A stretch of DNA of 32,000 bases from Desulfocapsa sulfexigens DSM 10523. Its GTDB lineage: Bacteria > Desulfobacterota > Desulfobulbia > Desulfobulbales > Desulfocapsaceae. Positions 18,647 to 28,149 of the stretch are shown here, piece by piece. The notes below the pieces were generated by a model that was given only the letters and a program-made list of their open reading frames with translations, ran no database searches and was not told the origin of the DNA. The stretch is taken from positions 1,680,001 to 1,712,000 of the forward strand of contig NC_020304.1 of assembly GCF_000341395.1 (NCBI RefSeq). The letters are read 5' to 3'. Positions within the stretch are counted from its first letter, which is position 1; the number at the start of each line of letters is the position of its first letter. The position numbers and the translations under genes were made by a program.

Positions 18647-19027
18647 TCAGGATGTTGTGAGATTGTCAATGGCAGCAATAAGCTCTTCTATCGGAGACCC
18701 CTTAGAGATAAGCGATGGTGTGTTCTCACCTCTCGCCATATTTCCTGCTTCATCCGGGGTAACCATACCTGAAAGATAGAGAATTGGAATGCTGGATGTG
18801 GCAGAATTTTCTGCAAGCATGGACGCAATCTCAACACCGTGAGTGTCTGGCATGTTTATGTCAAGAATGGCAATATCCGGAAGTTCCTGAGTGATAAAAT
18901 TTAAAGCCTCGGCACCATTGGTGTTGTAACGTACAAGCATTCTTCCGGTGTCTTCAAGCTGCATTTTCAGCAGATCGCAGGCGTCCTGGTCATCATCAAT
19001 CAGTACAATGCGGGTTTGCGGGTCCAT
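18647..19027 (-). CDS. Stand-alone response regulator receiver domain
   Basis: IVLIDDDQDACD, AILDINMPDTHG, conserved K in ISKGSPIEEL. Confidence 0.85.
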   Translation of the reverse strand: MDPQTRIVLIDDDQDACDLLKMQLEDTGRMLVRYNTNGAEALNFITQELPDIAILDINMPDTHGVEIASMLAENSATSSIPILYLSGMVTPDEAGNMARGENTPSLISKGSPIEELIAAIDNLTTS

Positions 19028-19136
19028 TGTTCGGTCTCCTGAGTTATTTGTACATGTTTGTTCATTCTATCAGTAAGTTGCAGAAAAAGTAAGAGACTTT
19101 TTTCAAGAAGAGGCAGAAAAAGAAGAACAGGAACCT

Positions 19137-21059
19137 CTATGACTCCTTGTATACTATTTGGACATTGTTCAGATAGTCTTTTATTTGGACTGTAAGCTGA
19201 AAAGCGTGAGTCGTATCATTGTCTCTTGCCGCCTGTTCAAGGTTAAAACAGAGGTCCCCTAATTCCTTGAAACCATACATCCATGAAGTCCCTTTAATGG
19301 TATGGGATTGCTTGCGTAATTCTTCCAAGTCTCCTGATTCAATTATCTGAAAGAGTTTCTCTGCATCTGTTCTTTTGTTTTTAAGGAATCGTGGAATTAA
19401 ATTTTTGATTTTGGGATCAAGTGATACTCGTGGAATGGTGTTGGCCTGTAGTGTTCTTTTCCTTGGAGGAGGGTGGAGGCCTTCGTCAATTTTGGTGGAG
19501 TTGCTTTGTATGAGGTTAAGATGAGTGGAGATAGTGTGAATAAGAGTGGCCCTGCGAACAGGTTTGGTGAGATAGTCGGAACAGCCAGCATCCATGCATT
19601 TTTTCCGAAATCGAACAAAAGCATGGGCCGTGAGTGCAACGATTGGTGTAGGATCGAGCTTCTGCTCCCTTTCCCATAGCCTGAGGCGACGGGTCGCTTC
19701 GTAGCCATCCATAAGTGGCATTTCAATATCCATAAAGACCAGGTCAAATGGGGAGCGTTTAAATACATTCACAGCTTCTTCCCCATTTTCGGCAGTAACT
19801 AGAATAAAAGGCGTGTTACGTAAATAGAGGCAGAGCAGGTTACGGTTATCCTCATTATCATCGACAATCAGAATTCTTGCAGGGGGAAGAATATTACAGC
19901 TCGCTGGAAGTGGTGATCGTTCAACAGCAGGTTTCGGATCGGAAAGGGCAGGGCGGAAACTGCAGGTAAAAAAGAAGGTTGATCCCTGCCCGGGAACACT
20001 TTCAAGCCAGATTTTACCCTTCATGATTTTTGTGAGTTTCTGGCAGATGGTCAGGCCCAGGCCCGTTCCACCATATTTTCTGGTTGTAAGAGAGTCGGCC
20101 TGAGTAAAGCTGTTAAATATAAGTTCCTGCTTTTCAACAGGAATACCTATGCCGGTATCCTTGATCGAGAAGAGGAGTTTGGATTTGGAGTCTCTTGCTA
20201 CATTAATTGTAACCGTTCCGTTCTCAGTAAACTTGAGACCATTTCCCACAAGATTGATGAGGATCTGACGAAGTCTTGTAGGGTCGCCGCAGATTCCGTC
20301 AGGAACGTCCTCGTGAATGTGAACTGATAAGTGGGTGTTTTGTTCCACGGCTCGCACTGAAAGGATGGAGAGTACCGAATCAAGAAGAGATGGGAGGTGG
20401 AAATCAATGGCTTCAAGGTCTGTCTGGCCAGCCTCAATTTTTGAGAGGTCCAGGATGTCATTGATGATCTCGAGAAGGCTTTCCCCGGCAGAACGGAAGA
20501 TATGTACATAATTACGCTGCTCATCGCTGAGAGGCGTGTCGCTGAGAACTTCGGCCATACCGATGATAGAGTTCAATGGGGTGCGAATCTCGTGACTCAT
20601 GGAAGCTAGAAACTCGGTTTTCGAATGGCTGGCCTCATCGGAAAGTCTTATCAGGCGTTTGTTTTCGAGCAGTGTGTCATAGAGGTGAAGATGATTACGA
20701 ACCCGAGCCAGGAGCTCCTGGCGATTAAAAGGCTTGGTAATGTAATCATTTCCTCCCGCATTGAAACCTTCTACGATATCTTCTTTCTGGGAACGTGATG
20801 TGAGGAATATTATTGGAATGTCAGAGAATTTTTTGTCTTTTTTGAGTTTCCGGCACAGGGAGAAGCCATCCATTCCAGGCATCATTACATCGAGCAGAAT
20901 AATATCAGGTGACTGATTATGGAGATGTTGGAGAGCATCTCTGGAGTTGTTTCCGGTTATAACGGTATAGCCTTCCTCTTCGAGAATTCTGGAGAGAAGG
21001 ATAAGGTTCACCTTGTGATCGTCGACCACAAGAACAGTATGAGCTGTGGAATTTTTCAT
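19137..21059 (-). CDS. Cytoplasmic hybrid histidine kinase: REC-HisKA-HATPase-REC-HPt
   Basis: VLVVDDHK/DVMMPGMDG receiver, SMSHEIRTPLNSIIG H-box, HATPase (GGTGLGLTICQKLTKIM), second receiver (DIEMPLMDGYEATRRLR), HPt (QSHTIKGTSWMYG). No TM segment. Confidence 0.93.
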   Translation of the reverse strand: MKNSTAHTVLVVDDHKVNLILLSRILEEEGYTVITGNNSRDALQHLHNQSPDIILLDVMMPGMDGFSLCRKLKKDKKFSDIPIIFLTSRSQKEDIVEGFNAGGNDYITKPFNRQELLARVRNHLHLYDTLLENKRLIRLSDEASHSKTEFLASMSHEIRTPLNSIIGMAEVLSDTPLSDEQRNYVHIFRSAGESLLEIINDILDLSKIEAGQTDLEAIDFHLPSLLDSVLSILSVRAVEQNTHLSVHIHEDVPDGICGDPTRLRQILINLVGNGLKFTENGTVTINVARDSKSKLLFSIKDTGIGIPVEKQELIFNSFTQADSLTTRKYGGTGLGLTICQKLTKIMKGKIWLESVPGQGSTFFFTCSFRPALSDPKPAVERSPLPASCNILPPARILIVDDNEDNRNLLCLYLRNTPFILVTAENGEEAVNVFKRSPFDLVFMDIEMPLMDGYEATRRLRLWEREQKLDPTPIVALTAHAFVRFRKKCMDAGCSDYLTKPVRRATLIHTISTHLNLIQSNSTKIDEGLHPPPRKRTLQANTIPRVSLDPKIKNLIPRFLKNKRTDAEKLFQIIESGDLEELRKQSHTIKGTSWMYGFKELGDLCFNLEQAARDNDTTHAFQLTVQIKDYLNNVQIVYKES

Positions 21060-21269
21060 TGCGGGATTCTACCATAGCAATCTTTAAAAGCATAGAGAAG
21101 AGAGCCCGCTCGGAGCAAGATTTAGCGGTAGATTTTTTTTTATTTATGATAGACATTCTTGATAACGATTGGTAGTATCATTGCAGTTTAACGATGGTTT
21201 GTAGAGATAGGTCTTTTTTTTTTATTAACCTATTGTAATTTTAAAATTTTTTCTACAGGAGAATGTTGC

Positions 21270-22292
21270 ATGAAAAAGATTACATGGGCACTTGTTGCCA
21301 CGGTTGTAACTCTTGTTATTTCTGCCGGATTTGCTCAGGCATCCACAAAAGAGGAAGTTCAGAAGCGTGGAGCCCTTCAGTGTGGTGTTTCAACTGGTCT
21401 TCCAGGGTTTTCCATCGCCGATGAAAAAGGTGCTTGGGCCGGTATTGACGTTGATGTCTGTAAAGCGATTGCTGCCGCCACACTTGGTGATGCAACCAAG
21501 ATTAAATTTGTACCATTGAACGCTAAAGAGCGTTTCACTGCTCTGCAGTCAGGTGAAATTGATGCTCTCGTACGTGGAACCACCTGGACTCTTACCCGTG
21601 ACTCTTCACTTGGTCTGAACTTCACTGGTGTAAACTACTATGATGGTCAGGGCTTTATGGTTTCCAAAAAGCTTGGCGTGAAATCAGCTCTGGAACTTAA
21701 TGGCGCTGCCGTCTGTATTCAGTCCGGGACCACCACCGAATTAAATCTTGCTGACTATTTCAAAGAAAACAACATGGAATACAAAGCGGTAGTTTTTGAT
21801 ACCCATGACGCAACTGCAGCGGCATTTGATAATGGCCGTTGTGATGTTCTTACCTCGGATCAGTCTCAGGTGTACGGACTGCGCACCCATCTTAAAGATC
21901 CAGAGGGAGCCGTTGTCCTTCCTGAAGTTATTTCTAAGGAACCTCTCGGACCGGTTGTACGTCAGGGGGATGATGCCTGGTTTAATATCGTTAAATGGAC
22001 CCTCAATGCAATGATTGAGGCTGAGGAGTACGGTGTAACGTCAGCCAACGTTGATGAGATGAAAGCAAATTCCAACAGCCCGGCTGTTCGCAGACTTCTT
22101 GGCCTCGAGGGAATTGGCGGTAAAGGACTTGGTCTCAACGATGATTGGGCCTACCAGATCATCAAGCAGGTTGGTAACTATGGTGAGATTTTTGAGCGCA
22201 ATGTTGGTGCTGGTTCTCCATTGAAGATTGCCCGTGGCCTGAATGCACTGTGGAGTAAAGGCGGCATTATGTATGCGCCTCCTGTTCGCTGA
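21270..22292 (+). CDS. General amino-acid ABC transporter, periplasmic substrate-binding protein
   Basis: Signal peptide; GLPGFSIADEKGAWAGIDVDVCKAIAAATLGD typical of AapJ/BztA-type proteins; followed by cognate permeases and ATPase. Confidence 0.9.
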   Translation: MKKITWALVATVVTLVISAGFAQASTKEEVQKRGALQCGVSTGLPGFSIADEKGAWAGIDVDVCKAIAAATLGDATKIKFVPLNAKERFTALQSGEIDALVRGTTWTLTRDSSLGLNFTGVNYYDGQGFMVSKKLGVKSALELNGAAVCIQSGTTTELNLADYFKENNMEYKAVVFDTHDATAAAFDNGRCDVLTSDQSQVYGLRTHLKDPEGAVVLPEVISKEPLGPVVRQGDDAWFNIVKWTLNAMIEAEEYGVTSANVDEMKANSNSPAVRRLLGLEGIGGKGLGLNDDWAYQIIKQVGNYGEIFERNVGAGSPLKIARGLNALWSKGGIMYAPPVR

Positions 22293-22307
22293 TTCAGTTG
22301 TTGACTG

Positions 22308-22347
22308 AAAAAGGGACGCTTTCTGGATTGGAAAGTGTCCCTTTTTT
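22308..22347 (+). terminator. Terminator-like hairpin after the binding-protein gene
   Basis: AAAAAGGGACGCTTTC-TGGATTG-GAAAGTGTCCCTTTTTT, long stem with one G:U and a T tract. Confidence 0.85.
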
Positions 22348-22371
22348 GTTTCGTATCCATGGTAGGAATGA

Positions 22372-22432
22372 AGACTCAAGGCAGAAGGCTGAAGGGTCAG
22401 CTTGAAATACTTCAGCCTTCTGCCTTCAGTCT
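22372..22432. repeat. Near-perfect 23-bp inverted repeat between binding-protein and permease genes
   Basis: Arms AGACTCAAGGCAGAAGGCTGAAG (22372-22394) and CTTCAGCCTTCTGCCTTCAGTCT (22410-22432), one mismatch, 15-nt loop. Confidence 0.9.
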
Positions 22433-22451
22433 ATTACTTTAGGTAGTTACT

Positions 22452-23624
22452 ATGTCTAAAACATCTCAAAAACAGCATTGGTGGAATAATGCCCAGTATC
22501 GCTCCCTGTTCTTTCAGGTTGTGCTGGTGGCCATGCTTGCAGGATTCTTCTGGTTTATCGGAACGAATACCCTGGCCAATCTTGATAAGCGTGGAATCTC
22601 AACAGGATTTGGCTTTTTATCCTTAAAAGCCGGCTTTGGAATTCTTCAGAGTCTGGTCCCCTATGACGAGTCGTATACCTTCGGTCGAACCTTCCTGGTC
22701 GGTCTCTTGAACACACTACTTGTCTCGGGGCTCGGTATTATTTTCGCCACCATTATCGGTTTTACCGTTGGTGTGGCAAGGTTGTCCAATAACTGGCTGA
22801 TAGCAAAGCTGGCTGGGGTATATGTGGAGATGTTTCGTAATATTCCACTGTTGCTTCAGATATTTTTCTGGTATTTTGCTGTTCTTCGTAGCCTGCCATC
22901 CCCAAGACAGAGCTGGACTGCAGGAGAGATCGCATTCTTAAATATCCGAGGGATGTATCTTCCGCAGCCATTGTTAGGTGAGGGGTTTAGTTTTGTAATC
23001 TGGACCTTTGTTCTTGCAGTTGTGGCCACAGTCTTTATTAGAAGGTGGGCCAAAAAGCGTCAGGATGATACCGGGCAACAGTTCAAGATGTTCCGAGTGG
23101 CTTTTGCCCTGATCGTCGGCCTTCCGCTGCTGGTCTTTTTTGCACTTGGCTCGCCTCTTACCTGGGATGTTCCCAAACTGCAGGGCTTTAACTTTATTGG
23201 CGGGATGACGATTATTCCCGAACTCACTGCCCTGCTGGTGGCACTCTCTGTTTACACGGCAACCTTTATTGCTGAAGCTGTACGCTCAGGGATTCTCGCG
23301 GTAAGCAATGGTCAAACCGAAGCTGCGTCGGCCCTTGGTCTTCACAAGAGCAAGGTCTTGAAGCTGGTTGTAATTCCTCAAGCCATGCGGGTTATTATCC
23401 CACAGCTGACGTCTCAGTACTTGAACCTGGTGAAAAACTCATCCCTTGCTACTGCGATCGGGTATCCCGATCTGGTCGCTGTTTTTGCGGGAACCACACT
23501 TAATCAAACCGGTCAGGCCATTGAAATAATAGCCATGACGATGAGTGTTTATCTCTTTATCAGTTTGACTATTTCAGGATTCATGAACTGGTATAACAAG
23601 AAAATTATGTTGGTGGAGAGGTGA
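22452..23624 (+). CDS. Amino-acid ABC transporter permease (AapQ-like)
   Basis: Hydrophobic; EMFRNIPLLLQIFFWYF and EAASALGLHKSKVLKLVVIPQAMRVIIPQLTSQYLNLVKNSSLATAIG (EAA motif). Confidence 0.92.
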   Translation: MSKTSQKQHWWNNAQYRSLFFQVVLVAMLAGFFWFIGTNTLANLDKRGISTGFGFLSLKAGFGILQSLVPYDESYTFGRTFLVGLLNTLLVSGLGIIFATIIGFTVGVARLSNNWLIAKLAGVYVEMFRNIPLLLQIFFWYFAVLRSLPSPRQSWTAGEIAFLNIRGMYLPQPLLGEGFSFVIWTFVLAVVATVFIRRWAKKRQDDTGQQFKMFRVAFALIVGLPLLVFFALGSPLTWDVPKLQGFNFIGGMTIIPELTALLVALSVYTATFIAEAVRSGILAVSNGQTEAASALGLHKSKVLKLVVIPQAMRVIIPQLTSQYLNLVKNSSLATAIGYPDLVAVFAGTTLNQTGQAIEIIAMTMSVYLFISLTISGFMNWYNKKIMLVER

Positions 23625-23625
23625 T

Positions 23626-24729
23626 ATGACTATACATGTAACAGAACCAAGTCCCTCTTTGCCGGCACCAATAACTTCCGTAGGTGTTGTTGGCTGGCTG
23701 AGACAGAATTTGTTTTCTTCTCCCCTTAACACACTGTTCACCCTCGCAGGATTTTATCTGTTGTATAGTATTCTGCCACCAGCAATTAACTGGGCATTGT
23801 TTCAGGCAGACTGGGTGGGAACAACTAGGGAGGCGTGTACCAGCGATGGTGCATGTTGGGTTTTTGTCGGAGTACGGCTGGATCAGTTTCTCTTTGGTTT
23901 CTACCCACCTTCCGAGTATTGGAGAGTAGTGACAGCGTTTTCTCTAATTGGTGTACTTGTCGCCTGGCTGTTGATTGACCGTCTCCCTAGAAAAGGTCTG
24001 GTCGGTGCCTTTACAATTTTTTGTTATCCAGTCATCGCTTACTATCTTTTTTATGGTGGAGCGTTTGGACTGCCACTTGTGGAAACCTATAAGTGGGGTG
24101 GGCTGATGCTGACCCTGATCCTCGCCACAACCGGGATGTTCTTCTCCTTTCCCATCGGTATTCTGTTGGCCCTGGGGCGCAGGTCGTCAATGCCCATAGC
24201 GAAATCGATGTCTGTGGTCTTTATCGAGTTCTGGCGTGGAGTTCCGCTTATTACTGTTCTCTTTATGTCCTCGGTTATGCTTCCGATGTTTATTCCTGAG
24301 GAGATGCAGATTGATAAACTGCTCCGTGCAATGATCGGGATTATATTCTTCCAGTCTGCTTACATGGCAGAGGTTGTGCGTGGGGGGTTGCAGGCGATCC
24401 CCAAAGGGCAACTGGAAGCAGCAGAAGCCCTCGGACTTTCCTATTGGAAATCGATGTTTTTTATTATTCTGCCCCAGGCGTTAAAACTGGTTATCCCTGG
24501 GATAGTTAATACCTTTATTGCACTGTTTAAAGATACAACCCTGGTTCTGATTATAGGACTCTTTGATTTGCTCGCTGTGGTCCAGTCAGCCTTTGCCGAC
24601 CCCAAATGGCTTGGCTTTTCGGTGGAGGGTTACGTTTTTGTGGCAAGTGTATACTGGGTATCCTGTTTTTCCATGTCTCGATATTCTCAGTATCTGGAGA
24701 AAAAATTGCACCGTGGGCATGCACGATAG
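23626..24729 (+). CDS. Amino-acid ABC transporter permease (AapM-like)
   Basis: EFWRGVPLITVLFMSSVMLP and EAAEALGLSYWKSMFFIILPQALKLVIPGIVNTFIALFKDTTLVLIIG. Confidence 0.92.
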   Translation: MTIHVTEPSPSLPAPITSVGVVGWLRQNLFSSPLNTLFTLAGFYLLYSILPPAINWALFQADWVGTTREACTSDGACWVFVGVRLDQFLFGFYPPSEYWRVVTAFSLIGVLVAWLLIDRLPRKGLVGAFTIFCYPVIAYYLFYGGAFGLPLVETYKWGGLMLTLILATTGMFFSFPIGILLALGRRSSMPIAKSMSVVFIEFWRGVPLITVLFMSSVMLPMFIPEEMQIDKLLRAMIGIIFFQSAYMAEVVRGGLQAIPKGQLEAAEALGLSYWKSMFFIILPQALKLVIPGIVNTFIALFKDTTLVLIIGLFDLLAVVQSAFADPKWLGFSVEGYVFVASVYWVSCFSMSRYSQYLEKKLHRGHAR

Positions 24730-24783
24730 TAGGGGGATAAGGCCATTTACAGGCAGGCACCAACTAAGATCAACATTAGATAA

Positions 24784-25560
24784 ATGAGTACAAATATGAC
24801 AGCTACACAAGGCAAGCAAGATACTTCAAATGACGTGATGGTGGAGTTGCGTAATGTCAATAAATGGTATGGTGATTTTCATGTCTTGAAGAACATCAAT
24901 CTGCAGGTATCCAAGGGAGAGCGCATTATTATCTGTGGTCCCTCGGGATGTGGTAAGTCGACGCTTATTCGCTGCATGAATCGTCTTGAAGAACACCAGA
25001 AAGGTGACATCATTGTTTCAGGAGTGACTCTTGATGACGACTTGAAACGTATTGACAGGGTACGTCGTGATATCGGCATGGTTTTTCAGCAGTTCAATCT
25101 TTTTCCTCATTTAACCGTTATGGAAAATTGCTGCCTTGCCCCTATCTGGGTTCAGAAGAAACCTCGAAGGGACGCTGAGGCCATTGCCATGAAATATCTT
25201 GAGCGAGTTCAGATCGCAGATCAGGCAAGTAAGTTTCCTGGACAACTTTCCGGTGGTCAGCAGCAGCGTGTTGCTATTGCCAGAAGTCTCTGTATGAATC
25301 CATCCATTATGCTTTTTGACGAGCCCACATCGGCACTTGATCCTGAGATGATCAAAGAGGTACTCGATGTTATGGTTGATCTTGCGCGGGAAGGAATGAC
25401 CATGCTCTGCGTTACCCATGAGATGGGATTTGCCAAGACCGTTGCTAACCGTGTTCTTTTTATGGATGCTGGGGAAATCATCGAAGAGAATGAACCCAAT
25501 GAATTCTTTGATAATCCTCAATCGGATCGAACTAAGCTCTTCCTGAGTCAGATCCTTTAG
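24784..25560 (+). CDS. Amino-acid ABC transporter ATP-binding protein (AapP-like)
   Basis: Walker [10 protein letters not shown], signature [15 protein letters not shown], Walker [16 protein letters not shown]. Confidence 0.95.
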   Translation: MSTNMTATQGKQDTSNDVMVELRNVNKWYGDFHVLKNINLQVSKGERIIICGPSGCGKSTLIRCMNRLEEHQKGDIIVSGVTLDDDLKRIDRVRRDIGMVFQQFNLFPHLTVMENCCLAPIWVQKKPRRDAEAIAMKYLERVQIADQASKFPGQLSGGQQQRVAIARSLCMNPSIMLFDEPTSALDPEMIKEVLDVMVDLAREGMTMLCVTHEMGFAKTVANRVLFMDAGEIIEENEPNEFFDNPQSDRTKLFLSQIL

Positions 25561-25619
25561 GGGACTTTGCTTAATCGAAAAGTAGTTACCTGATAAACAA
25601 CGTATAAAGGAGTATTGCT

Positions 25620-25979
25620 ATGAAGAAAATATTGCTGATGATTCTATTTTTCGGCTTGATGGCCACTGCTTCTATAGTTTCTGCTCAGGAAGTTGTAGCA
25701 GAGGATGTTGCTGCACCTGAAAAGGCAACAGGTTGGCACAAGGCTGGAAAGGAAATCGGTGAAGCGGCTCATGCGGTTGGAGATGCCACAGCAGATTCCT
25801 CGAAGAAAGCATTGGAGGCAGCAAAGGAAGGTTCCAAAGAGGCCTGGGATGCAACTAAAGAAGAGTCAGAAAAGGCATGGAAATTAGCCAAAGAAAAGGG
25901 GAAAACCACCTGGGAAAAAGGGAAGGAAAAAATACATGATGCTACAGCGCCCACACCTGCCGTACCAGAAGGTGAGTGA
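25620..25979 (+). CDS. Exported amphipathic helical protein with 11-residue periodicity (LEA/apolipoprotein-like)
   Basis: Signal peptide MKKILLMILFFGLMATASIVSAQ, then KKALEAAKEGSKEAWDATKEESEKAWKLAKEKGKTTWEKGKEK with Leu/Trp every 11 residues. Confidence 0.75.
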   Translation: MKKILLMILFFGLMATASIVSAQEVVAEDVAAPEKATGWHKAGKEIGEAAHAVGDATADSSKKALEAAKEGSKEAWDATKEESEKAWKLAKEKGKTTWEKGKEKIHDATAPTPAVPEGE

Positions 25980-26020
25980 TCTTAAGTCCTGCTGTTAAGA
26001 AAGAGTTTTGGAGTAGAAAC

Positions 26021-26057
26021 AAAAACCCTCTTATACGATGAGTATGAGAGGGTTTTT
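26021..26057. terminator. Bidirectional terminator between convergent genes
   Basis: AAAAACCCTCTTATAC-GATGA-GTATGAGAGGGTTTTT. Confidence 0.9.
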
Positions 26058-26080
26058 GTGCTTGTGTGAAAGTCGTTTTT

Positions 26081-27076
26081 TTAACTGGCCTGTTCCAGAG
26101 CGACAGCAACAGCAACCGATGCTCCAACCATGGGATTGTTTCCCATACCGATAAGGCCCATCATTTCAACATGTGCGGGTACCGAGGAAGATCCGGCAAA
26201 CTGGGCATCGGAATGCATGCGTCCCATGGTGTCTGTCATTCCGTAGGATGCAGGGCCAGCTGCCATGTTGTCAGGATGAAGAGTACGTCCCGTTCCGCCA
26301 CCTGATGCAACAGAAAAATATTTTTTTCCACTAATATTGCATTCCTTTTTGTAGGTTCCTGCAACGGGATGCTGAAAACGGGTAGGGTTGGTAGAGTTTC
26401 CAGTAATGGAGACATCGACTCCTTCCAGATGATTGATGGCAACACCTTCACGGACATCATCTGCACCATAGCAGCGAACCTCTCCACGAGGGCCTTCGGA
26501 AAAACGTTTTTCCTTTATGACTTTCAGCTGCGAGGTGGCATAATCAAACCGTGTCTCCACACTGGTGAAGCCGTTGATGCGGGAAATGATATGTGAGGCA
26601 TCCTTGCCGAGACCATTCAGGATTACACGCAGCGGTTCTTTCCGGACACGGTTTGCAGACATGGCCAGGCCGATAGCCCCTTCAGCCGCGGCAAAAGACT
26701 CATGTCCAGCAATAAAGGCAAAGCATTTTGTCTCTTCACGCAGGAGCATGGAGGCAAGATTTCCGTGCCCTATACCTACCTGACGATGATCCGCAACGGA
26801 TCCCGGGATGCAGAAAGCCTGAAGTCCAATACCAAGAGTTGCGGCAATATCAACGGCCTTTGTCTCCCCTTTTTTGATGGCAATGGCAGCACCAACGGTA
26901 TATGCCCAGCAGGCATTTTCAAAGCAGATGGGCTGGATGTCTTTTACAATACGGGCAACATCAACACCATATGCATCACATACTTCCTTGGCCTCTTCAA
27001 GGCTTTTTATTCCATACTCTTCAAGAACAGGGATGATCTGATCGATCCGCCTTTCATAACTTTCAAATAATGCCAT
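26081..27076 (-). CDS. GGGtGRT family protein
   Basis: Contains the eponymous motif (SVASGGGTGRTLHPDNMAAGPASYGMTD); start at MALFESYERR (27076) rather than the upstream start in the track. Confidence 0.9.
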   Translation of the reverse strand: MALFESYERRIDQIIPVLEEYGIKSLEEAKEVCDAYGVDVARIVKDIQPICFENACWAYTVGAAIAIKKGETKAVDIAATLGIGLQAFCIPGSVADHRQVGIGHGNLASMLLREETKCFAFIAGHESFAAAEGAIGLAMSANRVRKEPLRVILNGLGKDASHIISRINGFTSVETRFDYATSQLKVIKEKRFSEGPRGEVRCYGADDVREGVAINHLEGVDVSITGNSTNPTRFQHPVAGTYKKECNISGKKYFSVASGGGTGRTLHPDNMAAGPASYGMTDTMGRMHSDAQFAGSSSVPAHVEMMGLIGMGNNPMVGASVAVAVALEQAS

Positions 27077-27086
27077 GAGATTCTCC

Positions 27087-27779
27087 TTATTCCTTACGCG
27101 GATCAATGGTTTTAACGGCTTCTGCGAAACGACCATAGGTCCCCGTCGCTTTTTCAAGGGCCTTGTTGGCGTCTTCACCATTTCTAATTGCTTCCATCAT
27201 TCGACCAAGATGGACAAATTTGTAGCCAATGATTTCATTGTCACCATCAAGGGCCAGCTCCAGAACATAGCCTTCGGTGACTTCAAGATATCGTGGGCCT
27301 TTGAGCTTTGTGCCATAGGTGCTTGCCGTAACGGAACGCAATCCTTTACCCAGGTCTTCAAGACCGGCACCAATGGGAAGACCTCCCTCAGAAAATGCGG
27401 ATTGGCTGCGGCCATAGACGATTTGCAGGAAGAGTTCGCGCATGGCAACATTGATGGCATCACAGACAAGATCAGTATTGAGTGCTTCTAGGATTGTTTT
27501 GCCGGGCAAAATCTCAGAGGCCATGGCGGCGGAATGGGTCATTCCGGTACAGCCAATGGTTTCGATGAGTGCTTCTTCGATAATGCCGTCTTTAATATTC
27601 AGGGTCAGCTTACAGGCGCCCTGATGAGGTGCACACCAGCCAACTCCGTGGGTCAGTCCACGAATGTCTTTTATTTCCTTTGCCTGTGTCCAGCCACCTT
27701 CTTGGGGGATGGGCGAGGGACCATGATTGGTTCCCTGGATTAGTGGACACATTTCTTTTACTTCAGAAGAGTATTCCAT
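27087..27779 (-). CDS. NifU/IscU-like iron-sulfur scaffold homologue
   Basis: GGWTQAKEIKDIRGLTHGVGWCAPHQGACKLTLNIKDGIIEEALIETIGCTGMTHSAAMASEILPGKTILEAL...DLVCDAI; ATG at 27779. Confidence 0.8.
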   Translation of the reverse strand: MEYSSEVKEMCPLIQGTNHGPSPIPQEGGWTQAKEIKDIRGLTHGVGWCAPHQGACKLTLNIKDGIIEEALIETIGCTGMTHSAAMASEILPGKTILEALNTDLVCDAINVAMRELFLQIVYGRSQSAFSEGGLPIGAGLEDLGKGLRSVTASTYGTKLKGPRYLEVTEGYVLELALDGDNEIIGYKFVHLGRMMEAIRNGEDANKALEKATGTYGRFAEAVKTIDPRKE

Positions 27780-28055
27780 AAGAGTCTCCTTGTGGTTGTT
27801 ATTGAAGCTGCAAGAATAAAGGATATGGGAAAAAGGAGCAAGTGGAAAGGAGCTTCCCTGGAGGAAGAGGTTGGTCGGATAGCGACAAATTTGCTGTAAT
27901 GATTCTGCAATTACATTGCAGCAGTGTTGTCGAGGTTGATAATATCTTGAATACACAAAATCTGTTGTATCACTGAAGTTACTTCTAAGAACAGTTATAT
28001 AACTCTTGTGTGATGGTCTTTCATCTGGAGCCTGACCCGGAAGAAACAAAGCCAA

Positions 28056-28083
28056 AAGGCCACCCCCCTAAGGGAGTGGCCTT
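28056..28083 (-). terminator. Hairpin terminator for the minus-strand operon 30654-28150
   Basis: Minus strand AAGGCCAC-TCCCTTAGGGGG-GTGGCCTT followed by TT. Confidence 0.7.
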
Positions 28084-28149
28084 GGGTCAGTCTGCAAAAT
28101 TGCAGATTGATTCAAGCAAATTTAAAATCCAAGTTCCTTTGTTGACAGT

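Noticed and set aside
26702-27491. Plus-strand ORFs of 122 and 138 aa opposite the GGGtGRT/NifU-like pair
   Set aside because: They overlap strongly supported minus-strand genes and look like complement translations of conserved motifs.
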